The translations under genes and the position numbers were made by a program. Positions 44,840 to 53,943 of a stretch of DNA of 64,000 bases are shown one piece after another. Under the pieces are notes generated by a model. That model was not told the origin of the DNA and made no database searches. It saw nothing but the letters and a program-made list of their open reading frames with translations. Source of the DNA: Endomicrobiales bacterium. GTDB lineage: Bacteria; Elusimicrobiota; Endomicrobiia; Endomicrobiales; JAFGGC01. Where the stretch lies: the NCBI GenBank assembly GCA_016930715.1, contig JAFGGC010000002.1, positions 126,059 to 190,058 of the forward strand, given 5' to 3'. Position 1 is the first letter of the stretch; every line of letters starts with the position of its first letter.

Positions 44840-46102
44840 ATGAGAGTTGATCACGTTATAAACGTTTTTCCGGGCGTCCACAGCCGTATAGGCGGCGGCG
44901 AACACGCGGCGCTGAGGGTCGTGAGGGGCTTGAACGAAGAAGGCGGGGGCCAGCGCGTCCTCACGCTGAAATTCGACAAGGGTAGGAAAAACCCGCACCC
45001 GTTCCCGATAGAAGAAGTGAGCGTGCTGGAGGACTTCCTGCCGTTTATTGGCAGGTACGTTGAAGTGCTCAAGTGGTACGTCTTCCAGTTCGATCCGCTT
45101 GTGTATTTCCAGGTTCTGTCCAAATTGAAGAAAGATAGGCCCGAAGTCGTCAACATACACAACATGTACAAGCTGACATTCTCGGTGTTGGCCGCGGCCA
45201 AAAAACTCGGCATCCCGGTGTGCCTGACCATATACGATTACTGGTACTTCTGCCCGCTGTCCATACTGCTCGACGACAATAACAAGATGTGCAGGCGGTT
45301 TCACGGCGCGCACTGCGCCGAATGCCTTCCGAGACTCCTGCGGCCGGTACAGGGGTTCCTTCTTTCTTTCAGGAAAAGTCTCTTCGACAAGTACCTCGGA
45401 ATGGTGGACAGGTTCATAGTCTTGTCTGAATCGTCAAGGCGTATCCTTGCCGATTACGGCATACCACCCGGAAAGATAGAGAAGATACCTGTAATAATAC
45501 CGGAAGAGTTCTCGCAGAAGAAATCCGGCTCGCCGGATTCCGGTACCGCAAGTGCAGTGCTTTTCATGGGCTGGATACAGAAGAGAAAAGGCCTTCACGT
45601 CCTTCTGGACGCGATGGACGAAGTGTGGAAACAATGTCCGGGCGCGAAACTCAGAATAATCGCGCAGGAAGTCAAATGGGAAAAAGAGTACAATAAACAG
45701 CAGCTCAAACGCGTGAAAGGCATCGATGCCGGCAAGTGCGAACTTGTCGTGGGACACGTTCCGAGGCGGGACATAGAGAAGGCGATAGCAGACGCCGCGG
45801 TGATAGTGATACCCGAACAGTGGGAAAACATGTCGCCGCTTCTGGTCATAGAGGCGATGTACCTCTCGAAAGCGATAGTCGCAAGCGGCATAGGCGGGAT
45901 CCCGGAGTTCGTCGAGCAAAAAACCACCGGAATGCTGGCAAAATACGACGACCCGAAGGACTTTGCGGAAAAAATATGCTATATTTTAAAAAATCCGCGG
46001 GACGCGCGGCGGATGGGCGTAAACGCCCGGGAAAAGATACTGAAAATACAGGCGGATTCAAGTCCGCTCGATAAACTTAAGGAACTATACTCGAAACTGT
46101 AA
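44840..46102 (+). CDS. GT-B fold glycosyltransferase (family 4 / Glycos_transf_1)
   Basis: C-terminal E(x7)E region IPEQWENMSPLLVIEAMYLSKAIVASGIGGIPEFV. N-terminal GGGEHAALRV. Confidence 0.8.
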   Translation: MRVDHVINVFPGVHSRIGGGEHAALRVVRGLNEEGGGQRVLTLKFDKGRKNPHPFPIEEVSVLEDFLPFIGRYVEVLKWYVFQFDPLVYFQVLSKLKKDRPEVVNIHNMYKLTFSVLAAAKKLGIPVCLTIYDYWYFCPLSILLDDNNKMCRRFHGAHCAECLPRLLRPVQGFLLSFRKSLFDKYLGMVDRFIVLSESSRRILADYGIPPGKIEKIPVIIPEEFSQKKSGSPDSGTASAVLFMGWIQKRKGLHVLLDAMDEVWKQCPGAKLRIIAQEVKWEKEYNKQQLKRVKGIDAGKCELVVGHVPRRDIEKAIADAAVIVIPEQWENMSPLLVIEAMYLSKAIVASGIGGIPEFVEQKTTGMLAKYDDPKDFAEKICYILKNPRDARRMGVNAREKILKIQADSSPLDKLKELYSKL

Positions 46103-46211
46103 AAGGAGTACCACGCCTCTTAGGCTGGGCAAACGATAGCCTGGCTGGAGCCGGGTTCGTAATCGTGGGAGAATTTGCCGGAAAATCAGAAGAGAGAAGA
46201 GGTGCGTTCGT

Positions 46212-46973
46212 TTGAATAAAGCCATAGTTCTTGCCGGAGGCAAAGGCATTAGAATACAATCCTGCGCGGAAGACCTTCCGAAGCCCATGCTGACCGTGGG
46301 CGGAAGGCCCATCCTCGAGTACATAACGGCTCTTCTTAAAAAAAGCGGCATAAAAGAACTCTACATGATCGTCGGCTACAGGCAGGAGCTAATCAGGGAC
46401 CACTTCGGCGACGGCGGCAGGTTCGGCGTGAAGATAGAATACCTGGAAAACAGGAAAGTTAACGACAAGGTTAAGAGCGGACTCAGCGACGCCGTGCTTC
46501 TGGTCGAAGACATCATCAAGGAACCTTTCATTACCATACTCGGAGACGAAATATACGCCGGGACCGACCACGCCGGCATAGTGAAGGCCTTCGAGAATTC
46601 CCCGGACTGTGAATGCATGATAGGCGTGATGCGCGTCGGCGACAGGGAAGCGATAAAAAAGAACTACTCGGTGAGACTCGAAGGCGGAATGAAAGTCGCC
46701 GACCTTGAAGAGAAACCGGAGGCGCCGTTCAACGATCTTCTCGGGTGCGGGACATACCTTTTCAGGCCGTCAGTTTTCGGATACATAAAAAAAACACCGG
46801 TGTCGGCGAAAAGCGGCAGGAAAGAGCTCGCCGACACGATGAGGATGATGGTAGAAGGAAAAAAAATCGTTAAAGCGTACGACCTCGGCGGAAAATACGT
46901 CAACATCAATTACCCGGAAGACTTGAAGGCAGCCGAAGGCCACGCGGAAAGATTGGAACAATGGATAAAATGA
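46212..46973 (+). CDS. Sugar-phosphate nucleotidyltransferase (NTP_transferase family)
   Basis: KAIVLAGGKGIRI...LPKPML with TTG start. 253 aa. The size and the GT9 neighbours would fit an HddC-like heptose-1-P guanylyltransferase, but that is only inference. Confidence 0.7.
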   Translation: MNKAIVLAGGKGIRIQSCAEDLPKPMLTVGGRPILEYITALLKKSGIKELYMIVGYRQELIRDHFGDGGRFGVKIEYLENRKVNDKVKSGLSDAVLLVEDIIKEPFITILGDEIYAGTDHAGIVKAFENSPDCECMIGVMRVGDREAIKKNYSVRLEGGMKVADLEEKPEAPFNDLLGCGTYLFRPSVFGYIKKTPVSAKSGRKELADTMRMMVEGKKIVKAYDLGGKYVNINYPEDLKAAEGHAERLEQWIK

Positions 46974-48229
46974 CACAAAGAAAGCCGTTCTGGATGAGGT
47001 TCATCCCGGGCGGGCTTCACACGACAATACAGCTTTTCGGGGTTTGCTACCTATTCAGGCTCGTATTCAAGAGCGTGTACGAATACTTCACGACGTTCTT
47101 CTACATATTGTTCACGAAAGGCCCGAGGCAGGCGTACAGCTTCTTCTACACCAAGGCCTTCGTTCCGACCGGTGAAGGCGCGGGTGCGGGGATATATTTC
47201 TTTTTCAACCCGCTTGTGAGAAAATTCCCGTTCCTTGCGCCGTTCCCGAAATACATAGAGATAGAAGTGACCACGATATGCCCGAGAAAGTGCATAATGT
47301 GCGAGCACACTTACTGGAAGGACCAGCCGGAAAAACACCTGACCTACGACGAATTCAAAAAGATCGTGGACAATTTCAAGGGGATACACTGGCTGCAGCT
47401 CACGGGCGAGGGGTCGGCTTTCATCAATCCCGACTATATGAAGATGCTTGAGTACGCTAAGGAAAAAAGGTCCGCCGTTTATCTCGTTGATTCGTTTGAC
47501 ATGATAAACGACGATATCACGGAGAAGCTGATAGACCTGAAGATCGAGGGCATATACGTTTCGATAGACGCCGCGACGGCCGAAACCTACGAAAAAATAA
47601 GGATAGGGTGCAGTTTCGAACGCGTGCTGAAAAACCTCAACAGGTTCCTTGAGATGAAGAAACAGAAAAGGAGCCTGTTACCTGAAATCAGCTTCCGCTA
47701 CACGATGCTCAAACCCAACGTACACGAGATGCCGGATTTCGTGAAACTGATAGGTTCCCTCGACAAGAAGCTCATCGGGCGGGGGGCGCGGCTTGATTTC
47801 GTGGGGAACCTGGAGTTCGAGCAGACAAAATCGCTCACGGTCGAAAAGGTGCCGGAAGAGATAATAGCAAAGACCATGGAAAACGCGAAAAAATACGACG
47901 TTAACGTGTTCTTCAGCCACATTGAGAAGCAGAAGAATACCTGCATAGACCAGTGCATAGCGTGGCTCGAGCCCTACATAATGATGGGCGGCTACGTCAT
48001 ACCCGACTGCTCGATAATGATGTCGAATTCCAGGGAAACACTGCGCAGGCACAGTCTCGGCAACATTTTCGAAAAAAGCATGAAGGAAATATGGAATTCC
48101 GAAAGATACAAAAGATTCAGGAAAACCGTGAACGACCCTAAAGCCAAGGTGCCTTTCTTGTGCACCCTTTGCAGGGGTTACGATTTTTCAGAACGGAAGA
48201 AAAAATACGGGGTGGATGAAACGCTATGA
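46961..48229 (+). CDS. Radical SAM enzyme with SPASM/twitch-type C-terminal Cys-rich domain and N-terminal TM helix
   Basis: rSAM cluster TTICPRKCIMCEH. C-terminal pattern CIAW...PDCS...GNIFEKSMKEIWNSERYKRF...CTLCRG. Confidence 0.75.
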   Translation: MDKMTQRKPFWMRFIPGGLHTTIQLFGVCYLFRLVFKSVYEYFTTFFYILFTKGPRQAYSFFYTKAFVPTGEGAGAGIYFFFNPLVRKFPFLAPFPKYIEIEVTTICPRKCIMCEHTYWKDQPEKHLTYDEFKKIVDNFKGIHWLQLTGEGSAFINPDYMKMLEYAKEKRSAVYLVDSFDMINDDITEKLIDLKIEGIYVSIDAATAETYEKIRIGCSFERVLKNLNRFLEMKKQKRSLLPEISFRYTMLKPNVHEMPDFVKLIGSLDKKLIGRGARLDFVGNLEFEQTKSLTVEKVPEEIIAKTMENAKKYDVNVFFSHIEKQKNTCIDQCIAWLEPYIMMGGYVIPDCSIMMSNSRETLRRHSLGNIFEKSMKEIWNSERYKRFRKTVNDPKAKVPFLCTLCRGYDFSERKKKYGVDETL

Positions 48230-48828
48230 ACAACAATGAAAACTTGAAGATCCTTGACGTGGGGCCGGGATATCATAAGTATCCCGGAGCGGTCGGAATC
48301 GATTCGAACCCGCTCGCCAAACCCGACGTAAGCCACGACCTCAACGTTTACCCTTGGCCGCTCAAAGACAACGAGTTTGACATGGTCTATACATCGCACT
48401 GCCTTGAGCACCTTTCCGACCCTAAAAAGGCCGTGGAAGAAATCTGGCGCGTTGCCAGGCCGGGCGCGGACGTTATAATACAGGTCCCGCATTTTTCAAG
48501 CCGCGTGGCGTGGACGGATATCGAGCACACGAGGGCCTTCTCGATACATATGCTCAGGGGATTCACCGGAAAAACGGCCGAGCTTGCCGGAGCGAAGGTG
48601 AGGTTCGAAGTCCGGAAGGTGATACTGCGCTGGCACCAGAAGTTCGACATGGAACTCCTGCCGGGCTGGGTGAAGGTGTTCGTTCCGGCGCTGATTGTAG
48701 TGAACGCGGTAATAACCTTTCTTGCGAACCTGAACACCGAGTTCTGTGAGAGGATCTGGTGTTATTACGTCGGAGGAATGGGCGAAGTCGAGTTTCACTC
48801 AAAGGTGATAAAGAACGGCAAAAGATGA
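48226..48828 (+). CDS. Class I SAM-dependent methyltransferase
   Basis: SAM motif I ILDVGPG and Methyltransf_11-like LEHLSDP...RVARPGADVII. Overlaps both neighbours (ATGA at each end). Confidence 0.7.
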   Translation: MNNNENLKILDVGPGYHKYPGAVGIDSNPLAKPDVSHDLNVYPWPLKDNEFDMVYTSHCLEHLSDPKKAVEEIWRVARPGADVIIQVPHFSSRVAWTDIEHTRAFSIHMLRGFTGKTAELAGAKVRFEVRKVILRWHQKFDMELLPGWVKVFVPALIVVNAVITFLANLNTEFCERIWCYYVGGMGEVEFHSKVIKNGKR

Positions 48829-50243
48829 AGATTCTTCTGATATTTCCTCCAAAAGAGACCATAGCTCTTGTCGAGACACAATTCCACAAGCACATTGACG
48901 AAGAATCGGGCGACTATCCGGCGCTCGGCCTTATGTACATAGCAACCTACATCAAAAAGAACTCGCCTCATACAGTCAAAATAATAGACGCTCCCACGCT
49001 CAGGCTCGGCCACGATGACGTCCAAAAAAAGATAGCGGAAGAGAAACCGGACATCGTGGGCGTGTATTTCAATACCGAGTACCTGATAGATTCGTTGAAA
49101 ATCGCGGCGGCGGCCAAAAAGGCCGATCCGAATGTAAAGGTGGTCGCCGGTGGGCCGCACGTGATAGTGTACCCGAAATTAACGATAGAAAAGCCGGACG
49201 TTGATTACTGCGTGTACGGCGAAGGTGAAATAGCCTTCAAGAAACTCGCTGACGCCCTCGCGGGTTCCGGCGACGCTGAAAGCATTGAGGGCGTGATTAC
49301 GAAGAAGAACAAGGACGGGGCGCACAAACTGCAGAAAATAGAAGACCTCGATTCGCTTCCTTTCCCGGACAGGGCTTTGCTCAACGTAAAAGAGTACGGG
49401 AGTTTCATAACCTACGCGACGCCCGTGACGACGATGATGACCTCCCGGGGCTGTGCTTTTAACTGCTACTATTGCAACAACATAGAGAGGGCGCAGAAGG
49501 TAAGGATGAGGAGCGCGGATAACGTGGTCGCCGAAATGGAGGAAATAGCGAAACTCGGCGTGAAGGACATAATATTTTTCGATGAAAACTTCACGTTCGA
49601 CATAAAAAGGGTCGATGAGATCTGCGACAGGTTGATCGGAAAGAAGCTGGGCGTGCGCTGGCACTGCAGGAGCCGGGCCGACATGAAGCTCGACGCGCCG
49701 ATACTGGCGAAGATGAAAAAGGCCGGATGCAGGATGGTGCAGTTCGGCATAGAGACGGGTGTCCAGCGCCTGCAGGGAGTGATAAACAAGAAGCTTGACC
49801 TGCAGAAGGTTAAAGAGACCGTGAAGATGGTAAAAAAGGCCGGCATACTCGTGTACGGGAACTTCATGCTGGGTCACCCTTCCGAAACAAGGGAAGAGAT
49901 GCTGAAAACCGTTGATTTCGCGCTGGAGCTAGGGCTCGATTACGCGCCGTTCAGCAATTTTCATCCTCTTCCGGAAAGCGTTTTCTACCTGAATGCTCTC
50001 AAAAACGGTGCCATAAAAGAAGATTACTGGAGAAAGTTTGCGGCCGACCCGTCGAGGCAGATCGAGAGGTACTGGTGGCCGGAGCAGGATATCGGCGCTT
50101 TGAGGGAAATGAACAAGCACGCGTTCAGGAGGTTCTATTTGAGGCCTTCATATATTCTGAAATCCCTTTTGAGGCCCCAGTCGTTCCGCCAGAAACTCTG
50201 GCAGGTAAGGTCGGGTCTGAAACTGCTCGTGTTCGGAGGTTAA
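48825..50243 (+). CDS. B12-binding-domain radical SAM enzyme (class B rSAM), paralogue 3
   Basis: MKILLIFPP...PALGLMYIATYIKK...VVAGGPHV...CVYGEGE. rSAM cluster TSRGCAFNCYYCNN. Start at ATG 48825, overlapping the previous stop. Confidence 0.8.
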   Translation: MKILLIFPPKETIALVETQFHKHIDEESGDYPALGLMYIATYIKKNSPHTVKIIDAPTLRLGHDDVQKKIAEEKPDIVGVYFNTEYLIDSLKIAAAAKKADPNVKVVAGGPHVIVYPKLTIEKPDVDYCVYGEGEIAFKKLADALAGSGDAESIEGVITKKNKDGAHKLQKIEDLDSLPFPDRALLNVKEYGSFITYATPVTTMMTSRGCAFNCYYCNNIERAQKVRMRSADNVVAEMEEIAKLGVKDIIFFDENFTFDIKRVDEICDRLIGKKLGVRWHCRSRADMKLDAPILAKMKKAGCRMVQFGIETGVQRLQGVINKKLDLQKVKETVKMVKKAGILVYGNFMLGHPSETREEMLKTVDFALELGLDYAPFSNFHPLPESVFYLNALKNGAIKEDYWRKFAADPSRQIERYWWPEQDIGALREMNKHAFRRFYLRPSYILKSLLRPQSFRQKLWQVRSGLKLLVFGG

Positions 50244-50252
50244 GGTCACGAT

Positions 50253-52577
50253 ATGAAGAAAAACAGGAACAAGATCCAGCCGCCGAAAAACAAGGATATT
50301 GCCGCCCGGCCCGAAGCCGTCTTGCCCGCGTGGATATTCTACTCGTTGTTCGCGGCTTGGGCCGTGTTCGTTTTCACCAACTATTCGAAGCATTTTACCA
50401 TAGCGCCGCTCTCGTCCTACTTCGTCAATATAAGCACGCAGAACGCCGGCAGCATGGCGGCAGTGCTGTTCGGTCACCTCAAGAACGTATTGTCCGCGCT
50501 GTTCATTTTCACGGCCGGCCTCGGGTTGGGGAAGATAGGTTCGGGCTTGCTGAAGAAAACGGGTTTTTTCGGATTGAAGGACGAGCGGTCGGGCGGAGGG
50601 GAGGATCCCACCTCTGGAGCCGCCCTGCGGGAAGTACCCGGCAGCGCCTTCACCGACCTTGTCCTCGGAATGGGAATGTTGTCAATAATGACATTCGTGT
50701 TTTTTCTCGCCGGGATAACGAACAGGACGTTTATTACGGCGTTGATGCTGGCGCTTTCGATTTACGGTATCTACGGGATAAAGGGCTACGGGCGCGCGGC
50801 AAGGGCCTCGGATGAAAAAACCGGTTTTGCCGGATACATTCTGATACTGTTTTTCGCGGCAGTGGAGATTTCCGTGTTTTTGTGCGCGTTGTGCCCCGAG
50901 ATATTCTATGATTCGCAGTTCTACCAGCTCGGCGTGCCCAACGAATGGATACAGAACAGGACAATGGCGAACAAGACCTCTAATCCGGCGCATTTTTTTC
51001 CCTTCAACGTCAACATGTATTTTTATCTGGCGATGCTGATAAACAACGAGATAACGGCGAAGCTCGCGCATTTCCTGTGCGGATTAGTCACCGCCTGGGG
51101 AGTGTTCCTTTGCGGGACGAGGAATTTCAGTAAAAGAACCGGCCTGATAGCGGCGCTCGTGTTTGTTTCGGTGCCGTTCGCGATGCTGGTGTCCACAAAG
51201 ACTTCGGTCGAGATGGGCATCGGAATGTTCGTGACGGCGATGATGCTTTCGCTATACGGGTATTTCGAGAACTGGGACAGGCGAGCCCTGGCGCTGGCCG
51301 GCATATTCTGCGGGTTCGCGGCCGGTTCAAAATACACCGAGCTCGCGTTTACCGTCATCCCGGCCACGGCGACAGTCGCGGCATACAGTTTCCTCAACAG
51401 GAAGGATGTCAAGAAGACCGCGGTCGATATGATGGTATTCTTCGCCGGGCTGGCTGCGGCCGCGTTCCCCTGGTATTTGAGGAACATCATAGAGACCGGC
51501 AACCCGTTCTTCCCGTTCTTCGAGGGCATTTTCGGCGGGACCGGGCTCAAGGTCCAGTACGTCCTGGGCGCCGACCCCGCGCCTCCAAAGTTCACGTTCA
51601 TCAACTACTTCCTGTTCCTTTGGCCGCTCACGATGGGCACGCTTCAGCAGGAGGCGATAACCGGGCCGGTCTTCCTGCTTTTCCTGCCTTTTATTTTCGT
51701 TTTCTCGAAGAACATGGACAAGAAGATTAAGTACTCGCTTTTGTACGTGTCAATAGCTGTCTTGATGTGGGCTAAATTCGGGAATTTCTACGTAAGGTAT
51801 TTCATCCCGACCCTCGCGGTGGTCAGCATCGTCGTCGCGTATTTCATAGAGATGCAGAAAACGGGCGGTTTTATGAAGACATTGTGCCTGCTTCTGCTGT
51901 TCTACGTCGTGTACCAGAACATCGCGTTTTCAAACACGATAATAAAGATAAGCAACGATCCGCTGCTGTACGTTCTGGGCATCAAAAGCGAGAAGGAATA
52001 TCTTTCAACGGCAAGGCCGTCGTATCCGAACCCGTATTTTCAGGTCCTGGACTACGCCAACAAGCACCTGCCAGAAGACTCGAAGATCCTGTTCATAGGC
52101 GAGACCAGGGGTCTCTACTGCAAGCGCCCGTACCTCATAAATGCCGCCGGGGAAAGCTCTTACTTCATCGAGCCGCTGAAGGAATCTAAAAACGCCGACG
52201 AGTACTATAGGCTTCTCAAGGAAAAGGGCATCACCCATTTCCTGCTGAACGTTCCGGAGCTCAAGCGGCTCTACGTGTACGGCAACCTTTACTGGGACAG
52301 GCGGGAGTTCGGCGTGTTCAACGAGTTCTGGGATAAGTACGTTGCGGAGGTGTACGCGGACATCGCGGACATCGCCGTGCCCCAGCAGGGGATACTGTCT
52401 TTGAAGGCGCAGAGCCCCCAGTGGTGGGCGGGCTATTCCAGGGATCCGTTCAATTACGTGTACCTGTACCGGCTGCTTTCGAAAGAAGAGGCTCAGAAAC
52501 CGCACAGGGTGCCTTTTAACATACTCGCCAACAGGAAAATGTATTCTGAAAAACAACAGAGGGAGTTGTTCCCCTGA
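50253..52577 (+). CDS. Very large polytopic membrane protein with C-terminal soluble domain (putative GT-C-fold glycosyltransferase, ArnT/PMT-like architecture)
   Basis: 774 aa with ~14 hydrophobic helices over 560 aa and an acidic/aromatic first-loop segment EIFYDSQFYQLGVPNEW. A ~200-aa hydrophilic tail follows. GGAGG RBS. Confidence 0.45.
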   Translation: MKKNRNKIQPPKNKDIAARPEAVLPAWIFYSLFAAWAVFVFTNYSKHFTIAPLSSYFVNISTQNAGSMAAVLFGHLKNVLSALFIFTAGLGLGKIGSGLLKKTGFFGLKDERSGGGEDPTSGAALREVPGSAFTDLVLGMGMLSIMTFVFFLAGITNRTFITALMLALSIYGIYGIKGYGRAARASDEKTGFAGYILILFFAAVEISVFLCALCPEIFYDSQFYQLGVPNEWIQNRTMANKTSNPAHFFPFNVNMYFYLAMLINNEITAKLAHFLCGLVTAWGVFLCGTRNFSKRTGLIAALVFVSVPFAMLVSTKTSVEMGIGMFVTAMMLSLYGYFENWDRRALALAGIFCGFAAGSKYTELAFTVIPATATVAAYSFLNRKDVKKTAVDMMVFFAGLAAAAFPWYLRNIIETGNPFFPFFEGIFGGTGLKVQYVLGADPAPPKFTFINYFLFLWPLTMGTLQQEAITGPVFLLFLPFIFVFSKNMDKKIKYSLLYVSIAVLMWAKFGNFYVRYFIPTLAVVSIVVAYFIEMQKTGGFMKTLCLLLLFYVVYQNIAFSNTIIKISNDPLLYVLGIKSEKEYLSTARPSYPNPYFQVLDYANKHLPEDSKILFIGETRGLYCKRPYLINAAGESSYFIEPLKESKNADEYYRLLKEKGITHFLLNVPELKRLYVYGNLYWDRREFGVFNEFWDKYVAEVYADIADIAVPQQGILSLKAQSPQWWAGYSRDPFNYVYLYRLLSKEEAQKPHRVPFNILANRKMYSEKQQRELFP

Positions 52578-52614
52578 TGGATCTTAAAACGGTAAAAAAA
52601 TGCCGGGAGGCCGG

Positions 52615-53301
52615 ATGAAAAAATACGTCAGCGGGGCGATAGCGAAGATATTCGAGATGTTGAGCACCAGGGTATGGCGCCACAAGTGCGGCGGAATGCG
52701 CTGGGAAGACGACAAGTGGTTCATGGACGCGTTCCGCGAGATACAAAAAAAGACGCTCGTGTCGGTTGACAGGCTGTTCCTGCTCTATTACCTGGCGAAG
52801 CGCGCGAAAAGCATTCCCGGCAGCGTGGCGGAAGTCGGTGTTTACAAGGGCGGCACGGCAAGGCTGATTTCGGGCGTGTACGAGGGCACCGACAAGAAGA
52901 TCTACCTCTTCGACACCTTCGAAGGGATGCCCGACACGGACAAGGAGCTTGACTGGCACAGGAAAGGTGTTTTTGGCGACACCTCTGTCGAGTCGGTCAG
53001 GAAGTTTTTGTCCGGGCGCGCCAACGTCGAGGTGCACAAGGGCTATTTCCCGCAGAGCTCAAATCCCACGGACGATAAAAAATTCTGTTTCGTGCACATA
53101 GACGTGGACATATACGCTTCGGTCAGGAAATGCTGCGAGTACTTTTACGGCAGGATGGAAAAAGGCGGGCTGATGGTCTTGGACGACTACGGGTTCATAT
53201 CCTGCCCGGGCGCCAAGAAGGCCGTGGACGAGTTCATGCTCGGCAAGCCCGACATCGGGCTTTACCTGCAGACCGGCCAGTACGTCATCATAAAGGCGTA
53301 G
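52615..53301 (+). CDS. TylF/MycF-family (macrocin-type) sugar O-methyltransferase
   Basis: GSVAEVGVYKGGTA, LFDTFEGMP, VHIDVDIYAS and GGLMVLDDYG. Start at ATG 52615, preceded by GGGAGG. Confidence 0.75.
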   Translation: MKKYVSGAIAKIFEMLSTRVWRHKCGGMRWEDDKWFMDAFREIQKKTLVSVDRLFLLYYLAKRAKSIPGSVAEVGVYKGGTARLISGVYEGTDKKIYLFDTFEGMPDTDKELDWHRKGVFGDTSVESVRKFLSGRANVEVHKGYFPQSSNPTDDKKFCFVHIDVDIYASVRKCCEYFYGRMEKGGLMVLDDYGFISCPGAKKAVDEFMLGKPDIGLYLQTGQYVIIKA

Positions 53302-53338
53302 TAGAAACGGGTTCACATATCAATATCGCGAGGTGGTT

Positions 53339-53926
53339 ATGATATCGGTAATAATGCCTTGTTACAACGAAGCGGAAATACTTGATAAGGTTTATTCCAG
53401 GGTAAGCGCCGCTTGCGGCAAGCTGAAAGAAGACTACGAAGTGCTCATAGTCAACGACGGATCCGCGGACAACAGCAGGGATATACTCGAAAAGCTCAAT
53501 GCCTCCGACAGGAAATGAAAATCCGTCCACCTTTACCGGAATTTCGGCCAGCAGACCGCGATATCGTGCGGGCTCAAATACGCCTCCGGCGACTGCGTGA
53601 TGATAATGGACATAGACCTGCAGGACCCGCCGGAGCTAATGGGCGAGTTCCTGTCAAAATGGAAGGAAGGGTTCAAGGTTGTCTACGGCGTTAGGACTAA
53701 AAGAAAAGAGAATATATTCAAGAAGCTCGCATACAGCGTTTTCTACAGGGCGCTCAAGTTCGCTGCAAAGATAGACATACCGCTTGACGCCGGCGGTTTC
53801 TGCCTGATGGACAGGGAAGTCGTCAGGAGGACAACCCCGTCCTTGCCAAGGTGGACTACGGCGTCAGGAGGGAGAAGCTGCAAAAATACTACAAGTACGC
53901 GTAACTGCCGCTTGCGGGAGGAGTAA
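53339..53926 (+). pseudogene. Decayed family 2 glycosyltransferase (in-frame TGA plus 3' truncation)
   Basis: ISVIMPCYNEAE...LIVNDGSADNS reads through an in-frame TGA at 53516-53518. The same frame continues with [33 protein letters not shown]...GFCLMDREVV. GT2 similarity is lost after ~53826 and the C-terminal half is absent. Confidence 0.7.
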
Positions 53927-53943
53927 TAAGGCATTTCCTCGAT

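Noticed and set aside
46153-46164. GGGTTCGTAATC resembling a tRNA T-loop in the 109-bp spacer before the nucleotidyltransferase gene.
   Set aside because: The flanking bases do not form a 5-bp T-stem, and no acceptor or anticodon arms can be drawn. It is not a tRNA.
53516-53518. The in-frame TGA in the GT2 gene as selenocysteine or a reassigned codon (code 4/25).
   Set aside because: TGA terminates many well-supported neighbouring genes. The position is not a catalytic Cys site in GT2 enzymes, and the same gene is also truncated at its 3' end. A pseudogene is the simpler reading.
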